Part shown: positions 16,166-24,874 of the stretch, piece by piece
How positions within the stretch are numbered: the first letter of the stretch is position 1
How the letters are laid out: each line of letters opens with the position of its first letter
NCBI GenBank assembly: GCA_964648855.1
Contig: CAZYLT010000016.1
Span: 29,799 to 54,672 of the forward strand
Source of the DNA: an uncultured archaeon
Lineage (GTDB): Archaea > Asgardarchaeota > Thorarchaeia > Thorarchaeales > Thorarchaeaceae
DNA: 24,874 bases
Reading direction: 5' to 3'
The notes under the pieces: generated by a model
What the model was told of the DNA's origin: nothing
What the model saw: only the letters and a program-made list of their open reading frames with translations
Databases searched by the model: none
Position numbers and translations under genes: made by a program

Positions 16166-17743
16166 GTGGAAAAGAGTCGCTCGTGGACACGAGTGATACG
16201 CGTGACATACTATTGCTTCCACCAGCCAGTTCCGATGCGAGATGGCGTCGAGTTATCGGCAATTGTAACTCATCCAGAAAAAGTAGGAAAATACACCTGC
16301 GTCCTCATGAGAACCCCTTACAATGCGAAGGCATTCATTCAGTTAGCGGAAGCCCTCTTGGAGAAGGTGCCTTATGCCTTTGTCATTCAGGACACTCGCG
16401 GAAGGTATGACTCACAGGGCAAGCGGTTCATCCCACTGCGCGAGAGGGAAGATTCGCTTGACACGTTTGCATGGATTAAGAAACAATCATGGTCAAATGG
16501 ACGCGTTGTTGTTTTCGGCCCTTCGTACTTGGGGTATGCGGCCTTGCAGGTCTTGGATGACGAATGTGACTGCATCGATGCAGTCTTTGCTCCGATGACG
16601 TTCACGCGTCCAGATGATGGAATGGTATACCGAAGCGGTGTATTGCAATTGCATTGGGCACTCCCATGGGCTATAATGACCTCTACACGAACCCAGGCTT
16701 CTCTGAAATTGATTAATGGATCTTGGCCTGATGCCTATAGGGGACCGTTAAAGAATAAAGTAAAAGGGCTTGGCTGGCCCCAGCATGTTTGGGATACATT
16801 CCTCACACCGCTCGAAAGCAAAATGTGGGAAAATTCTCGCCTTAAGTTTGAGAACCCTCTCAAGTCAAGGGCGTGTCTCGTTGGTGGATGGTACGACTTT
16901 CTCCTCGGCGGTACTCTAACCAGCTATGAGGACCTCGTGGCTGTTGGCGGCATTAAGCCGGACCTAATAATTGGCGGTTGGGGTCACAACGGGTACCTCC
17001 AAAGTCTTTCGGGAGTTGGTGATTTCGATTTGGGTGAGGGTGGCAGAGGTCAGGCTATGAAAGACTTCCTAGATTTGATATCTCGGGCAGAGTCAGAGGA
17101 TGAGCAACTCATCCGAGTCTACATCCTCCGCTCAGACAGATGGCTGGAATTGGATGATTGGCCGCCAACAAATACCGTTGAAGAAAAGCTTTACCTGGGC
17201 TGCGGCTATGAGTTACTGAAGAAACCCCCTGAGGACGAAATGGAATTTGGCATTCCAGTTGAACCCAGCGATCCTGTTCCCACGATTGGTGGTTCAGTGT
17301 GGGAGTTTCCGCCACATCTTGAACCAGGACCCGCCGACCAATCCTCATTGGATCATAGATCTGACATTATTCGCTTCATATCTCCTCCAATGAAACAATC
17401 TAGGACTCTTCTTGGGCCCATCTATGCCAAGCTTTGGGTATCTACTCCAACCGATAACCTCCACTTCACAACCAAACTCACAGTGATTACGGAAGGGAAG
17501 GAACGTATCATCCAAGATGGAATTGCTTGTGTTGAGTCCACCAAGAATTCCTCTAAACCGGTTACTATTGATCTGCTTGCCACTGGAATGGAGATAAAGA
17601 AAGAGGAAAGCTTGGGATTACATATCTCATGGTCCAATTTTCCCAAATTTGCACTTCCCGAATTAGACAAGCCGGTTGTTCAGTCTGTCTTCACATCAGA
17701 TTCCATGCCATCATATGTTTCAGTATCCTATCTCGATGAGTAA
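16166..17743 (+). CDS. CocE/NonD-family hydrolase (S15-like alpha/beta hydrolase)
   Basis: PMRDGVEL, RTPY, QDTRGRYDSQG, WSNG, nucleophile GPSYLG, GGWYD, GGWGH, DPVPTIGG. True start uncertain (GTG near 16193-16202 is possible). Confidence 0.9.
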   Translation: MEKSRSWTRVIRVTYYCFHQPVPMRDGVELSAIVTHPEKVGKYTCVLMRTPYNAKAFIQLAEALLEKVPYAFVIQDTRGRYDSQGKRFIPLREREDSLDTFAWIKKQSWSNGRVVVFGPSYLGYAALQVLDDECDCIDAVFAPMTFTRPDDGMVYRSGVLQLHWALPWAIMTSTRTQASLKLINGSWPDAYRGPLKNKVKGLGWPQHVWDTFLTPLESKMWENSRLKFENPLKSRACLVGGWYDFLLGGTLTSYEDLVAVGGIKPDLIIGGWGHNGYLQSLSGVGDFDLGEGGRGQAMKDFLDLISRAESEDEQLIRVYILRSDRWLELDDWPPTNTVEEKLYLGCGYELLKKPPEDEMEFGIPVEPSDPVPTIGGSVWEFPPHLEPGPADQSSLDHRSDIIRFISPPMKQSRTLLGPIYAKLWVSTPTDNLHFTTKLTVITEGKERIIQDGIACVESTKNSSKPVTIDLLATGMEIKKEESLGLHISWSNFPKFALPELDKPVVQSVFTSDSMPSYVSVSYLDE

Positions 17744-17784
17744 ATAAGATAGGACCCATATCCCAATTCAGAGGAGCCGAGAGA

Positions 17785-18360
17785 TTGACAGTTGCCACTT
17801 ACAAAGTCCTTTTGATTGGTGAACCTAATGTGGGGAAGAGCTCCATTATTAGAAGGCTTCTATTGGGAGACTTTGATGAGGAGTATAATGCCACTGTTGG
17901 CGTAGACCTAAGTGCAGTCCCCTTGAATATCGACCCTATCACCCCTGTGATTCTAACCCTCATTGACCTGGGAGGGCAGGAAGACTTCTCGGCCCTTAGA
18001 ACGCAGTACTATAGAGGGGCACATTTTGCCCTTCTTGTATATGATGTGGCAGACAGATCTTCCTTTGAATGCCTTGATTCCTGGCACGAGGGTCTAATGA
18101 GCAATCTAGAAACACAGAAGAAAATGGATCTTCCTGGCATCATTCTTGCCAACAAAAAAGACCTGTCAAATAGACGCGAAATTCCTTCCTCAGAAGGGAG
18201 AAAATACGCTGAAGAACTCGACTGGCCCTTCTTTGAATGCAGTGCTAAGACTGGCGAAAACATTGAAGCGGTCTTCATGAGAATCGCCAAGGAGCTCTAT
18301 GCGGATTATCCCCCCAGAAGACTACCTCGTCATAGGAAGCAGGTCCCTGAGAATGAGTGA
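17785..18360 (+). CDS. Rab-like small GTPase
   Basis: G1 GEPNVGKS, YNATVGVD (RabF1-like), DLGGQE, YYRGA and LVYDV (RabF4/F5-like), NKKD, CSAKTG; GAGGAG RBS. Confidence 0.95.
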   Translation: MTVATYKVLLIGEPNVGKSSIIRRLLLGDFDEEYNATVGVDLSAVPLNIDPITPVILTLIDLGGQEDFSALRTQYYRGAHFALLVYDVADRSSFECLDSWHEGLMSNLETQKKMDLPGIILANKKDLSNRREIPSSEGRKYAEELDWPFFECSAKTGENIEAVFMRIAKELYADYPPRRLPRHRKQVPENE

Positions 18361-18435
18361 CGCTATTTTCCCATTCCCTGTAAGTTATTAATCGCCTCAA
18401 CTTAACTATAGATAGTACAAGGGAGCTAAGAATAG

Positions 18436-19206
18436 ATGTTTGAACTTGCAACTGAATTGGGAAAATGTACCTTGATGACTGGGGATGGCGAATCTGCAGA
18501 TGTAGTGGCATTCCTGTTTGATGACCGAGAATGGCACATAGACTACCTGATTGTGGATACGGATGAGTGGCTAACTGGCCGGAACGTTCTTTTGTCTACT
18601 GAAACTGTTGGAACGCCAGATGTCGCCGAGAAGGTGATACGAACAGATTTACGAAAGTCACGAATTGAAGATGCTCCTAGTGTAGACCTGAGCAAACCGA
18701 TCTCCGAAAGAGAACTGGCTGACCTGCATCGGTACTATGAATGGTCTACATTCAGACCCGGGATACTTCCGGACGAGCCTACTACTGTTCCAGGAAGTGC
18801 AATGCCCGACTCTATCACAACACAATATGCAATCACTGACGAATCTAGAGGCGAAGAGCATAGAGCTCCACCCCCTGAAAGGCATCTTAGAAATACATCT
18901 GAGGTTCATGGCTATTCTATTCAGCTGGCAGACGAGATGCTAGGGCGTGTCGCCGACTTTTTTGTGGACACTGATGACTGGAATATTAGGTACCTAATTG
19001 CAGATGTTGGCAACTGGAAGGAAGGAACAGAGTACGTTGTGCCAACCATGTGGGTTGAGTCAATCGACTATCTGGAACAAAAAATGCGTGTTGGTGTCAA
19101 GAGGTCACAGTTTGAAGAGGCGCCCAAGTTTGACCGCGGTGGAGAATTTACTAAAGAAGAAGAGCTGCGATTTTATGAGCATTTTGACTTACCTGGATAC
19201 TGGTAA
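18436..19206 (+). CDS. Tandem PRC-barrel domain protein
   Basis: Two repeats: FLFDDREWHIDYLIVDTDEW and FFVDTDDWNIRYLIADVGNW, each followed by APxxD and a LxxYY/FY...W motif. Confidence 0.85.
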   Translation: MFELATELGKCTLMTGDGESADVVAFLFDDREWHIDYLIVDTDEWLTGRNVLLSTETVGTPDVAEKVIRTDLRKSRIEDAPSVDLSKPISERELADLHRYYEWSTFRPGILPDEPTTVPGSAMPDSITTQYAITDESRGEEHRAPPPERHLRNTSEVHGYSIQLADEMLGRVADFFVDTDDWNIRYLIADVGNWKEGTEYVVPTMWVESIDYLEQKMRVGVKRSQFEEAPKFDRGGEFTKEEELRFYEHFDLPGYW

Positions 19207-19232
19207 CGAGGCATCCAATCTTCCTAGATAAT

Positions 19233-19256
19233 GGGCGAGCCCAACCATGCTCGCCC
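19233..19256 (+). terminator. GC-rich hairpin downstream of the PRC-barrel gene
   Basis: GGGCGAGC-CCAACCAT-GCTCGCCC, a perfect 8-bp stem 26 nt after the stop; no strong U-tract, so the terminator role is uncertain. Confidence 0.4.
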
Positions 19257-19531
19257 CGTGTTTACCTGAGGATATAGAGGGAATTTTGTACTACCTGAAA
19301 TACTGGGTTAATACTGCGTGTAACGATGTAATGTTTGTTAATAGAACAATGATGGATTTTCAGTTTAGAAAAGCAACCATTATTAGAAAGCGGTTTCCAT
19401 TCTTCAGTACCTACAAAATACATAATGGTCGCTCGATAAGGAACTCACTGGCATACGCTGCAGAACTATGCTACAAGTCAAACACCGGCTTTCGGGGTTA
19501 TGATTATGACCGTGTTAGTAAGAGGTAAAAT

Positions 19532-20959
19532 ATGATGATGGAAAATCTAAAGAAAGCTGTGCGGCATGGCGAGAAGTTGGGCGCAGATTTCGTGGAATCT
19601 CGCTTCGATGACTTAGTACTTAGAACGCTGATACGTACAGATGAAACATGGAAGGACATCCAAGCAAAATCGCGAATGGGTTTTGGAATAACCTGCTATG
19701 TAGAGGGAGTGAGTGGGTTCTCGTTCACACCAAGTCCCGAGGAATCTGATGTGGTTTCTGCGACGGAGCGTGCCTTTAAGATGGCGAAGGCATCCGCAAA
19801 TTCAGCGGATCTGAAATTGCCTTTCGATGAAGAACCCCCTGTGAAGAGCAATCCTTCTGATATCGTGAAGGTCAAGCAACATCCGCGTGACGTTTCCATC
19901 GATTTCAAAACTGAAATGCTCAACAGGGAAGTCGAATCTGCAAAAGAACATGGCGAGAACGTTAGGAGAATCAGAGCAAGATACGGTGAATTATATGGAC
20001 AGAAAATGCTCTATAACAGTGATGGTTCAGAAATCGACTGGGAGTTTCTAGTTGTTGATACAAGATGCAACGTAACTTCGAAGACCGATAGTGGTGCAAT
20101 GGTAATAGGTGCAGAAAGTCATGGCGGCACGTGGGGCATCGAATATTACAACCAGAAGGAAAAAACTCCCGAAGACATTGGCCGCTTGTGCGCATTGCGG
20201 GCTAAGGAACAGCTAGCAGCAAAAGCCTGTCCTGCAGGGCAGTTCAGATCCTTGATACAAGAAGATCTTGTAGGTGTCCTAGCTCATGAGTCATTCGGAC
20301 ATCTGAGTGAAGCAGATTTTGTCGTGACAGGAGGCTCCCCTCTTACAGGAAAATTGGATGAGCAACTCGGAACAGAGCATGCAACAATTATAGATTCTGG
20401 TGTTCCTGACTTGAAGAAATTTGGTGGGCTTTGGGTTCCGTATGACGATCAGGGGACTCCGGGAAGCGAAACGGTGGTCCTAGATAAGGGAAGATTGGCT
20501 CATTATCTTCATAATAGAGGAACTGCTACGAAATTAGGGCAAGAGCCAACTGGCAACGCACGAGCAGTGAGTTTTGTCTTTCCTCCTATAGTGCGAATGA
20601 CAAACACCTACTTCGCCCCAGGTGACCTTTCAGAGGAAGAGGCACTGGAAAAACTTGATACCGGAATTTATGCCATCCAGAGCTCGGGAGGTCAAGTTAC
20701 CTCTGATGGCAGCTTTTTGTTCAAGGCTCTAAGAGGCTATTGGGTTGAGAGTGGTGAAAAGAAATATCCGATTAGAGAGGTTTCGCTCTCTGGTAACATC
20801 CTAGATTTGCTCTCTAGGGTAGAAGGTGCAACAAAGAACCTAGAACTGCACTCGGGATACTTCGGAGGCTGTGGAAAAGGTGACCAGTTCCCGCTGCCAA
20901 CCGGTTTGGGGGGACCAAAACTCGTTGTCGACAGCGTTACATTTGGAGGCCAGGCATAG
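19532..20959 (+). CDS. tldD: TldD metalloprotease
   Basis: GVLAHESFGHLSEAD (HExxGH), YDDQG, TGNAR, RMTNTY and GCGK..Q...G.GGP. Confidence 0.93.
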   Translation: MMMENLKKAVRHGEKLGADFVESRFDDLVLRTLIRTDETWKDIQAKSRMGFGITCYVEGVSGFSFTPSPEESDVVSATERAFKMAKASANSADLKLPFDEEPPVKSNPSDIVKVKQHPRDVSIDFKTEMLNREVESAKEHGENVRRIRARYGELYGQKMLYNSDGSEIDWEFLVVDTRCNVTSKTDSGAMVIGAESHGGTWGIEYYNQKEKTPEDIGRLCALRAKEQLAAKACPAGQFRSLIQEDLVGVLAHESFGHLSEADFVVTGGSPLTGKLDEQLGTEHATIIDSGVPDLKKFGGLWVPYDDQGTPGSETVVLDKGRLAHYLHNRGTATKLGQEPTGNARAVSFVFPPIVRMTNTYFAPGDLSEEEALEKLDTGIYAIQSSGGQVTSDGSFLFKALRGYWVESGEKKYPIREVSLSGNILDLLSRVEGATKNLELHSGYFGGCGKGDQFPLPTGLGGPKLVVDSVTFGGQA

Positions 20960-20970
20960 GAGGAATTGAA

Positions 20971-22365
20971 ATGAAATACGATGAGTTAAAAGACGAGTTG
21001 CTATCTGCTGCTGACTCAGCGATAGAATACGCAAGGGCTCTTCATGCTGATGCGGACTTTGAAATCTATCTTTACTATGAAAGAAGTGGAAATGCCAGCA
21101 TCAATCAGGGTATTGTTGACGCCAAGGATGGTGCCATTGCGGGGAATGCCGTCAGAGCGTCAATTGGCAAAAAGGTTGGATTTGCTTCAGCGAGTGGCGT
21201 GACAACCGAGAGAATAAAACTCTCTGCCAAAGAAGCTTTAAGCTTGGTCAAGAGTGTCGAATTTGAGGATGACCGATTCCAGGGATTTGCTGATCCGAAG
21301 CCTCCCGGAAAGGATGGTATATTCAATGAGGCCATTTTGAATTTGGGCGTTGATGATATGATTCGATCTTGTCAATCATTATCACAAGAAGCTAAAGAAA
21401 CAGATGATCGCATCAAGATAGTGGGTACGACTGCAGAAACTCACTGGGGAGCTTTCGCAGTAACAAATACTCGTGGAATTCTAGAAGCCTCATCATTCGG
21501 CTACAATGGTATCCAAGTATATGCTATTGCCATAGAGAATGGGGACAGGAAGTCATCGTTTGACTTCGACTATTCACGTGAGCATGTATTCTCCGAAGCT
21601 GGATTGGGTGAGAGTGCCGCAGAAAAGGCTGTCAAGCTTCTTGGAGGGGAGAAAATGGATTTCACAGGGAAGCTCCCAACTATCTGGGAACCCATAGCTG
21701 CATCTACCTATATTCTCTCTAGTTTGGGACAAGCAGCTGTTGGCGAACCAGTAGTTGACGGAATCTCTCCCCTCTGCGATATGGTCGGTGACTCCGTTGG
21801 TCCCAGAATGCTTTCAATTATTGATGATGGGCAAGCTCCTACCGGCCTAAGAACAACTGCTGTCGATGCAGAGGGACATCCCCAGAGCAAAACCCCGATA
21901 ATCGAGGACGGTGTTTTGAAGAGCTTTCTTTTTGACACCTATTTTGCACAAGCATTTGGTGTTGAATCAACAGGAAATTGTTCCCGTGGAGGAGGTGTCT
22001 TTGGTGGGTCAACACCGTATGAAAACACTCCGGGCCCTTCGACAACGAATCTGATTGTACATCCTGGCACGAAATCACAAGAGAGTGTGTTGGGGTCTAT
22101 AGATGGAAAGGCTATTTTCATAGAAGGAATGCCATTAGGCATTTTTCATACAAGTGTTGCTACAGGAGAGTTCTCTATCGTAGCTAATAATGTCTATCTG
22201 GTTGAAAACGGGTCTATTACTAAACCGGTGAAGCCACTTTCCATAAGCGGAAACTTCTACGATGGCTTTAAGAATCTCTTGTCCCTAGGAGGCGACTCTG
22301 TTAAGACCCCACTCAACATTGAAACTCCCACACTGGCATTTGATGGATTTTCAATTACAGGCTAA
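20971..22365 (+). CDS. pmbA: PmbA/TldE partner subunit
   Basis: DAEG.P, IIEDGVL, STGN, TGEFS, ENG.I..PV; no HExxH; starts 11 nt after tldD with a GGAGG RBS. Confidence 0.9.
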   Translation: MKYDELKDELLSAADSAIEYARALHADADFEIYLYYERSGNASINQGIVDAKDGAIAGNAVRASIGKKVGFASASGVTTERIKLSAKEALSLVKSVEFEDDRFQGFADPKPPGKDGIFNEAILNLGVDDMIRSCQSLSQEAKETDDRIKIVGTTAETHWGAFAVTNTRGILEASSFGYNGIQVYAIAIENGDRKSSFDFDYSREHVFSEAGLGESAAEKAVKLLGGEKMDFTGKLPTIWEPIAASTYILSSLGQAAVGEPVVDGISPLCDMVGDSVGPRMLSIIDDGQAPTGLRTTAVDAEGHPQSKTPIIEDGVLKSFLFDTYFAQAFGVESTGNCSRGGGVFGGSTPYENTPGPSTTNLIVHPGTKSQESVLGSIDGKAIFIEGMPLGIFHTSVATGEFSIVANNVYLVENGSITKPVKPLSISGNFYDGFKNLLSLGGDSVKTPLNIETPTLAFDGFSITG

Positions 22366-22385
22366 CAAAATGCGATTTGCTCTTC

Positions 22386-22404
22386 GACCCGGGCTGACCG
22401 GGTC
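22386..22404 (+). terminator. Hairpin after the tldD-pmbA operon
   Basis: GACCCGG-GCTGA-CCGGGTC, a perfect 7-bp stem followed by pyrimidine-rich CTCCTTTTCT. Confidence 0.45.
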
Positions 22405-22529
22405 ATCACTCCTTTTCTGTAGATTGTAATTTGCAAGGTTATACTTATCAGAGCTTGAGCTTACAATCTCACCAACGTTTCGAGTTAGCCATCATATTGT
22501 ACCACTCGATAACGAATGGGGAAAGGCAA

Positions 22530-23102
22530 GTGAGCTCAGAACATGATCGCTACAAAGTAATTGTGGCAGGGGACACAGAACTGGGGTACAGCCTTTGTGC
22601 CAAATTGACGAACGAATCTATCAGGCACCCTAGAAGGCTTGCAGCACAGGCTTTGGCAAGAGATTGGCCAGAGGTTGAGTGGACGAAATTCATGTCAGTG
22701 TCGGTCCATGGTGAGATAACTACGATGGAACTGGATTTAGAACTTCATGGACCCTGGGTTTGGGAGCTGTATAATGTCATGCAGCCGAGGGACTACTATC
22801 GCCGATTTGATGCTGCACTCATAGTAGCCAATCCTCGTGACCCTGATTCATTTGCTCATATTCCAGAGCTTCTTGAAGCTATTCGCGCTCATATAGACGG
22901 ACAAATTCCAACTTTCCTTGTTGGCGAGTCTTCATTGGATTTGAGTGATGAAGAGAGAAAAAGAATAATTGAATTAGGCATTCTGCTAGATTTGCCTGTT
23001 AAAATGGCAAATGTAGAAACCGGAGACAACATCGACCAAGTATTTAGAGAACTTGCCATCGATATTCAGGTAGACAAAGAGGCAGGCATTATTGGGTCTT
23101 GA
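22530..23102 (+). CDS. Degenerate small-GTPase-fold protein (pseudo-GTPase)
   Basis: YKVIVAGD, DYYRRFDAALIV, DSF, PTFLVG and NVETGDNIDQVFRELA align with the Rab scaffold, but G1/G3/G4 catalytic residues are altered. Likely GTG start at 22530; ORF intact. Confidence 0.75.
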   Translation: MSSEHDRYKVIVAGDTELGYSLCAKLTNESIRHPRRLAAQALARDWPEVEWTKFMSVSVHGEITTMELDLELHGPWVWELYNVMQPRDYYRRFDAALIVANPRDPDSFAHIPELLEAIRAHIDGQIPTFLVGESSLDLSDEERKRIIELGILLDLPVKMANVETGDNIDQVFRELAIDIQVDKEAGIIGS

Positions 23103-23169
23103 CCAGATGGGTTTCTGAAATTAGAAGGAGCCCTGACTGAATTTGGCAAGGCTCCGATACAGTTCATAT

Positions 23170-24678
23170 CTAGAAAATCTTCTCCAATTTTCTTTCTAGG
23201 TATGTTAGGAAGGGCTTAGCAGTCATTTTCTTTCCAGTTACCCGCTCCACCAAGTCTCCAGGGTCGTATCTGTTAGATGTGTGATGGACATTTTCCGTAT
23301 GCCATTTGATTGGTTTGATGACATTTCCATTTCTCACATCGTTGTACCAGCCGGGGATGTCTTCATTCATCTTATCGTACCACATTCCATCGAAAACGTT
23401 CCCCAGGGCATAGCTCGGGAAATAGCCATACAGTCCACTTGCCCAGTGTGTGTCTTGCATGACACCTTCTGAGTCATTGTCTATTTCCACGCCTAGATAT
23501 TCCTCATATTTCTCGTTCCAAATCTGGGGCAATTCAGAAACTTCAATCTTACCACTGAATAGATCCCTCTCAATCTCAAAGCGGATGATAATGTGCAATG
23601 AATAGGTCACTTCATCAGCTTCGATTCTAATTTTTGAGGGTCTGACTAGGTTTACAGCTTGGGTAAATTTCTCTCGGGATATGTCCTTGAAGGCACCATC
23701 AGTGATGTTATTCAGTTTTGAGTAATAAAACTCCCAGAACTCAGGAGACCGCCCAATCATATTCTCTACAAATCTCGACTCTGATTCATGAATACCTGCA
23801 CTGGATGCGGATCCAATATGTTTGAACTTCCAGTCTGGATTGAGATTGAGTTCATAAAGCGCATGCCCTGCCTCGTGTAATATAGCAAAAATCGCAGAAG
23901 CTACATTATCTTCGTGATATTTGACGGTAATTCGTACATCATCATAGTAGCCGGTTGTAAATGGATGCTCAACCTCGTCGATTCTACCAGATGCTTTCTC
24001 CGATGTGGTGTCATATCCTATCAAGGACGCGAGTTCCGTCGCTAGCTTTCTTTGAAGCCTAGCGGGTACTCTCACACTCATGAATGACTTATTGAAGTCA
24101 GCAGTTGCTTCTGCGTACTTCTCTGTAAGTGGAATCAGCCCCTTCTTTAACTCATCAAAAACCCGAGTTATCTCGTCAGCAGTCATATTCGGTTCGAAAT
24201 CGTCAATCATTGTATCATAGATGTTTGATGCGCCCTTCACGTCTTGGAGATATTCTGCTCGCTCTTTGGCGAGGTTGACGGTCTTCTCAAGCTCGGGCTG
24301 AAGTATTTTCCACTTTTGTTCTTTTTTCGCCTTCTTCCAAGTCTGCGTGGAAACTGCTCTTTGCTTCGCTATGTCTGCAACCAACTTTTCAGGCAGCTTT
24401 GTTAGCTCATCATACTCCTTCCTCATTAGATAGAGGTCACGCTGCGCTACCTCATCAAGGTGGTCTTTGTCCCTCTCTGCTTCGTCCAGTAATTCTCCAA
24501 TCTGGGGGTGGACATTTATTCTGTGAGCTAGTTGGCTCATCAAGCCTAGCTGTTCACTGCGCAGTCCAATTCCTCCTCCAGGCATGTATGTTTCCCTATC
24601 CCAGTTTAGGATACCTATTGAACTGTAGAGGAGCACAATTTCCTTTGTTTTTGCTACTAGTTTTTCATACGCTGACAT
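23170..24678 (-). CDS. Carboxypeptidase M32 (Taq-like)
   Basis: HPF, DVRIT, HEAGH, HESES, IRIEADE, GVMQDTHW, GYFPSYALG. Confidence 0.96.
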   Translation of the reverse strand: MSAYEKLVAKTKEIVLLYSSIGILNWDRETYMPGGGIGLRSEQLGLMSQLAHRINVHPQIGELLDEAERDKDHLDEVAQRDLYLMRKEYDELTKLPEKLVADIAKQRAVSTQTWKKAKKEQKWKILQPELEKTVNLAKERAEYLQDVKGASNIYDTMIDDFEPNMTADEITRVFDELKKGLIPLTEKYAEATADFNKSFMSVRVPARLQRKLATELASLIGYDTTSEKASGRIDEVEHPFTTGYYDDVRITVKYHEDNVASAIFAILHEAGHALYELNLNPDWKFKHIGSASSAGIHESESRFVENMIGRSPEFWEFYYSKLNNITDGAFKDISREKFTQAVNLVRPSKIRIEADEVTYSLHIIIRFEIERDLFSGKIEVSELPQIWNEKYEEYLGVEIDNDSEGVMQDTHWASGLYGYFPSYALGNVFDGMWYDKMNEDIPGWYNDVRNGNVIKPIKWHTENVHHTSNRYDPGDLVERVTGKKMTAKPFLTYLERKLEKIF

Positions 24679-24832
24679 ATGAGCACCTTCATCATTCTGA
24701 GTAGTATCGAGGAATATGCTCGGTTATCTTTCTTCTGGATAGGACAATAATTTTGAGTTAGTCCAATAATCTCTTAAGTGGACCAAAACGAATGGAAGCT
24801 ACACAGCGAAACGAGAGAACGGTGTCAATGAA

Positions 24833-24874
24833 ATGACCGAAATCCCATTGCCGGATGACATGGAACCCCCAAGG
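24833..24874 (+). CDS. Possible 5' end of a gene running off the window (MTEIPLPDDMEPPR...)
   Basis: Open frame from ATG 24833 to the window edge, preceded by GGTG; divergent from the M32 gene. Confidence 0.3.
   Translation, partial: MTEIPLPDDMEPPR

Noticed and set aside
19247-19528. 93-aa ORF upstream of tldD
   Set aside because: Its start lies inside a hairpin with no RBS, the composition is atypical and no motifs are present; probably spurious, although it ends 3 nt before tldD.
15133-22365. RiPP cluster (radical SAM + TldD/E + peptidase)
   Set aside because: No precursor peptide, SPASM/RRE domain, YcaO or transporter; the genes are on different strands and are common housekeeping types.
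63-24704. Numerous short antisense or overlapping ORFs in the track (e.g. 63..401, 7638..8051, 15278..15703, 16006..16410, 24399..24704)
   Set aside because: They are shadows of well-supported genes, with no motifs of their own.

Overview
Gene-dense archaeal chromosomal window. An Asgard origin, probably Thorarchaeia-like, is inferred from two intact Rab/Ras-like small GTPases, a degenerate GTPase, a longin-like ORF, a 24-aa LRR protein and archaeal IorAB/PDO/DsrEFH/DUF22 genes. Three themes are visible. (i) Thiol/redox genes: a thioredoxin-fold protein, two ferritin-like proteins, two TrxR-family flavoproteins (one lacking the usual NADPH motif), a glutaredoxin, a protein-disulfide oxidoreductase and DsrEFH/TusDCB. 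(ii) Peptide catabolism: M32 carboxypeptidase, TldD/PmbA, a CocE/NonD hydrolase and IorAB. (iii) Eukaryotic-signature signalling genes. The most interesting element is a tightly coupled five-gene operon at 5151-9139: small Zn-binding protein, longin-like protein, two paralogous ~15-TM membrane proteins with an apparent internal helical repeat, and a Rab-like GTPase. This looks like a candidate membrane-receptor/longin/small-GTPase signalling module. No rRNA, tRNA, CRISPR array or mobile element was recognised. All family assignments come from reading motifs by eye, not from database searches.
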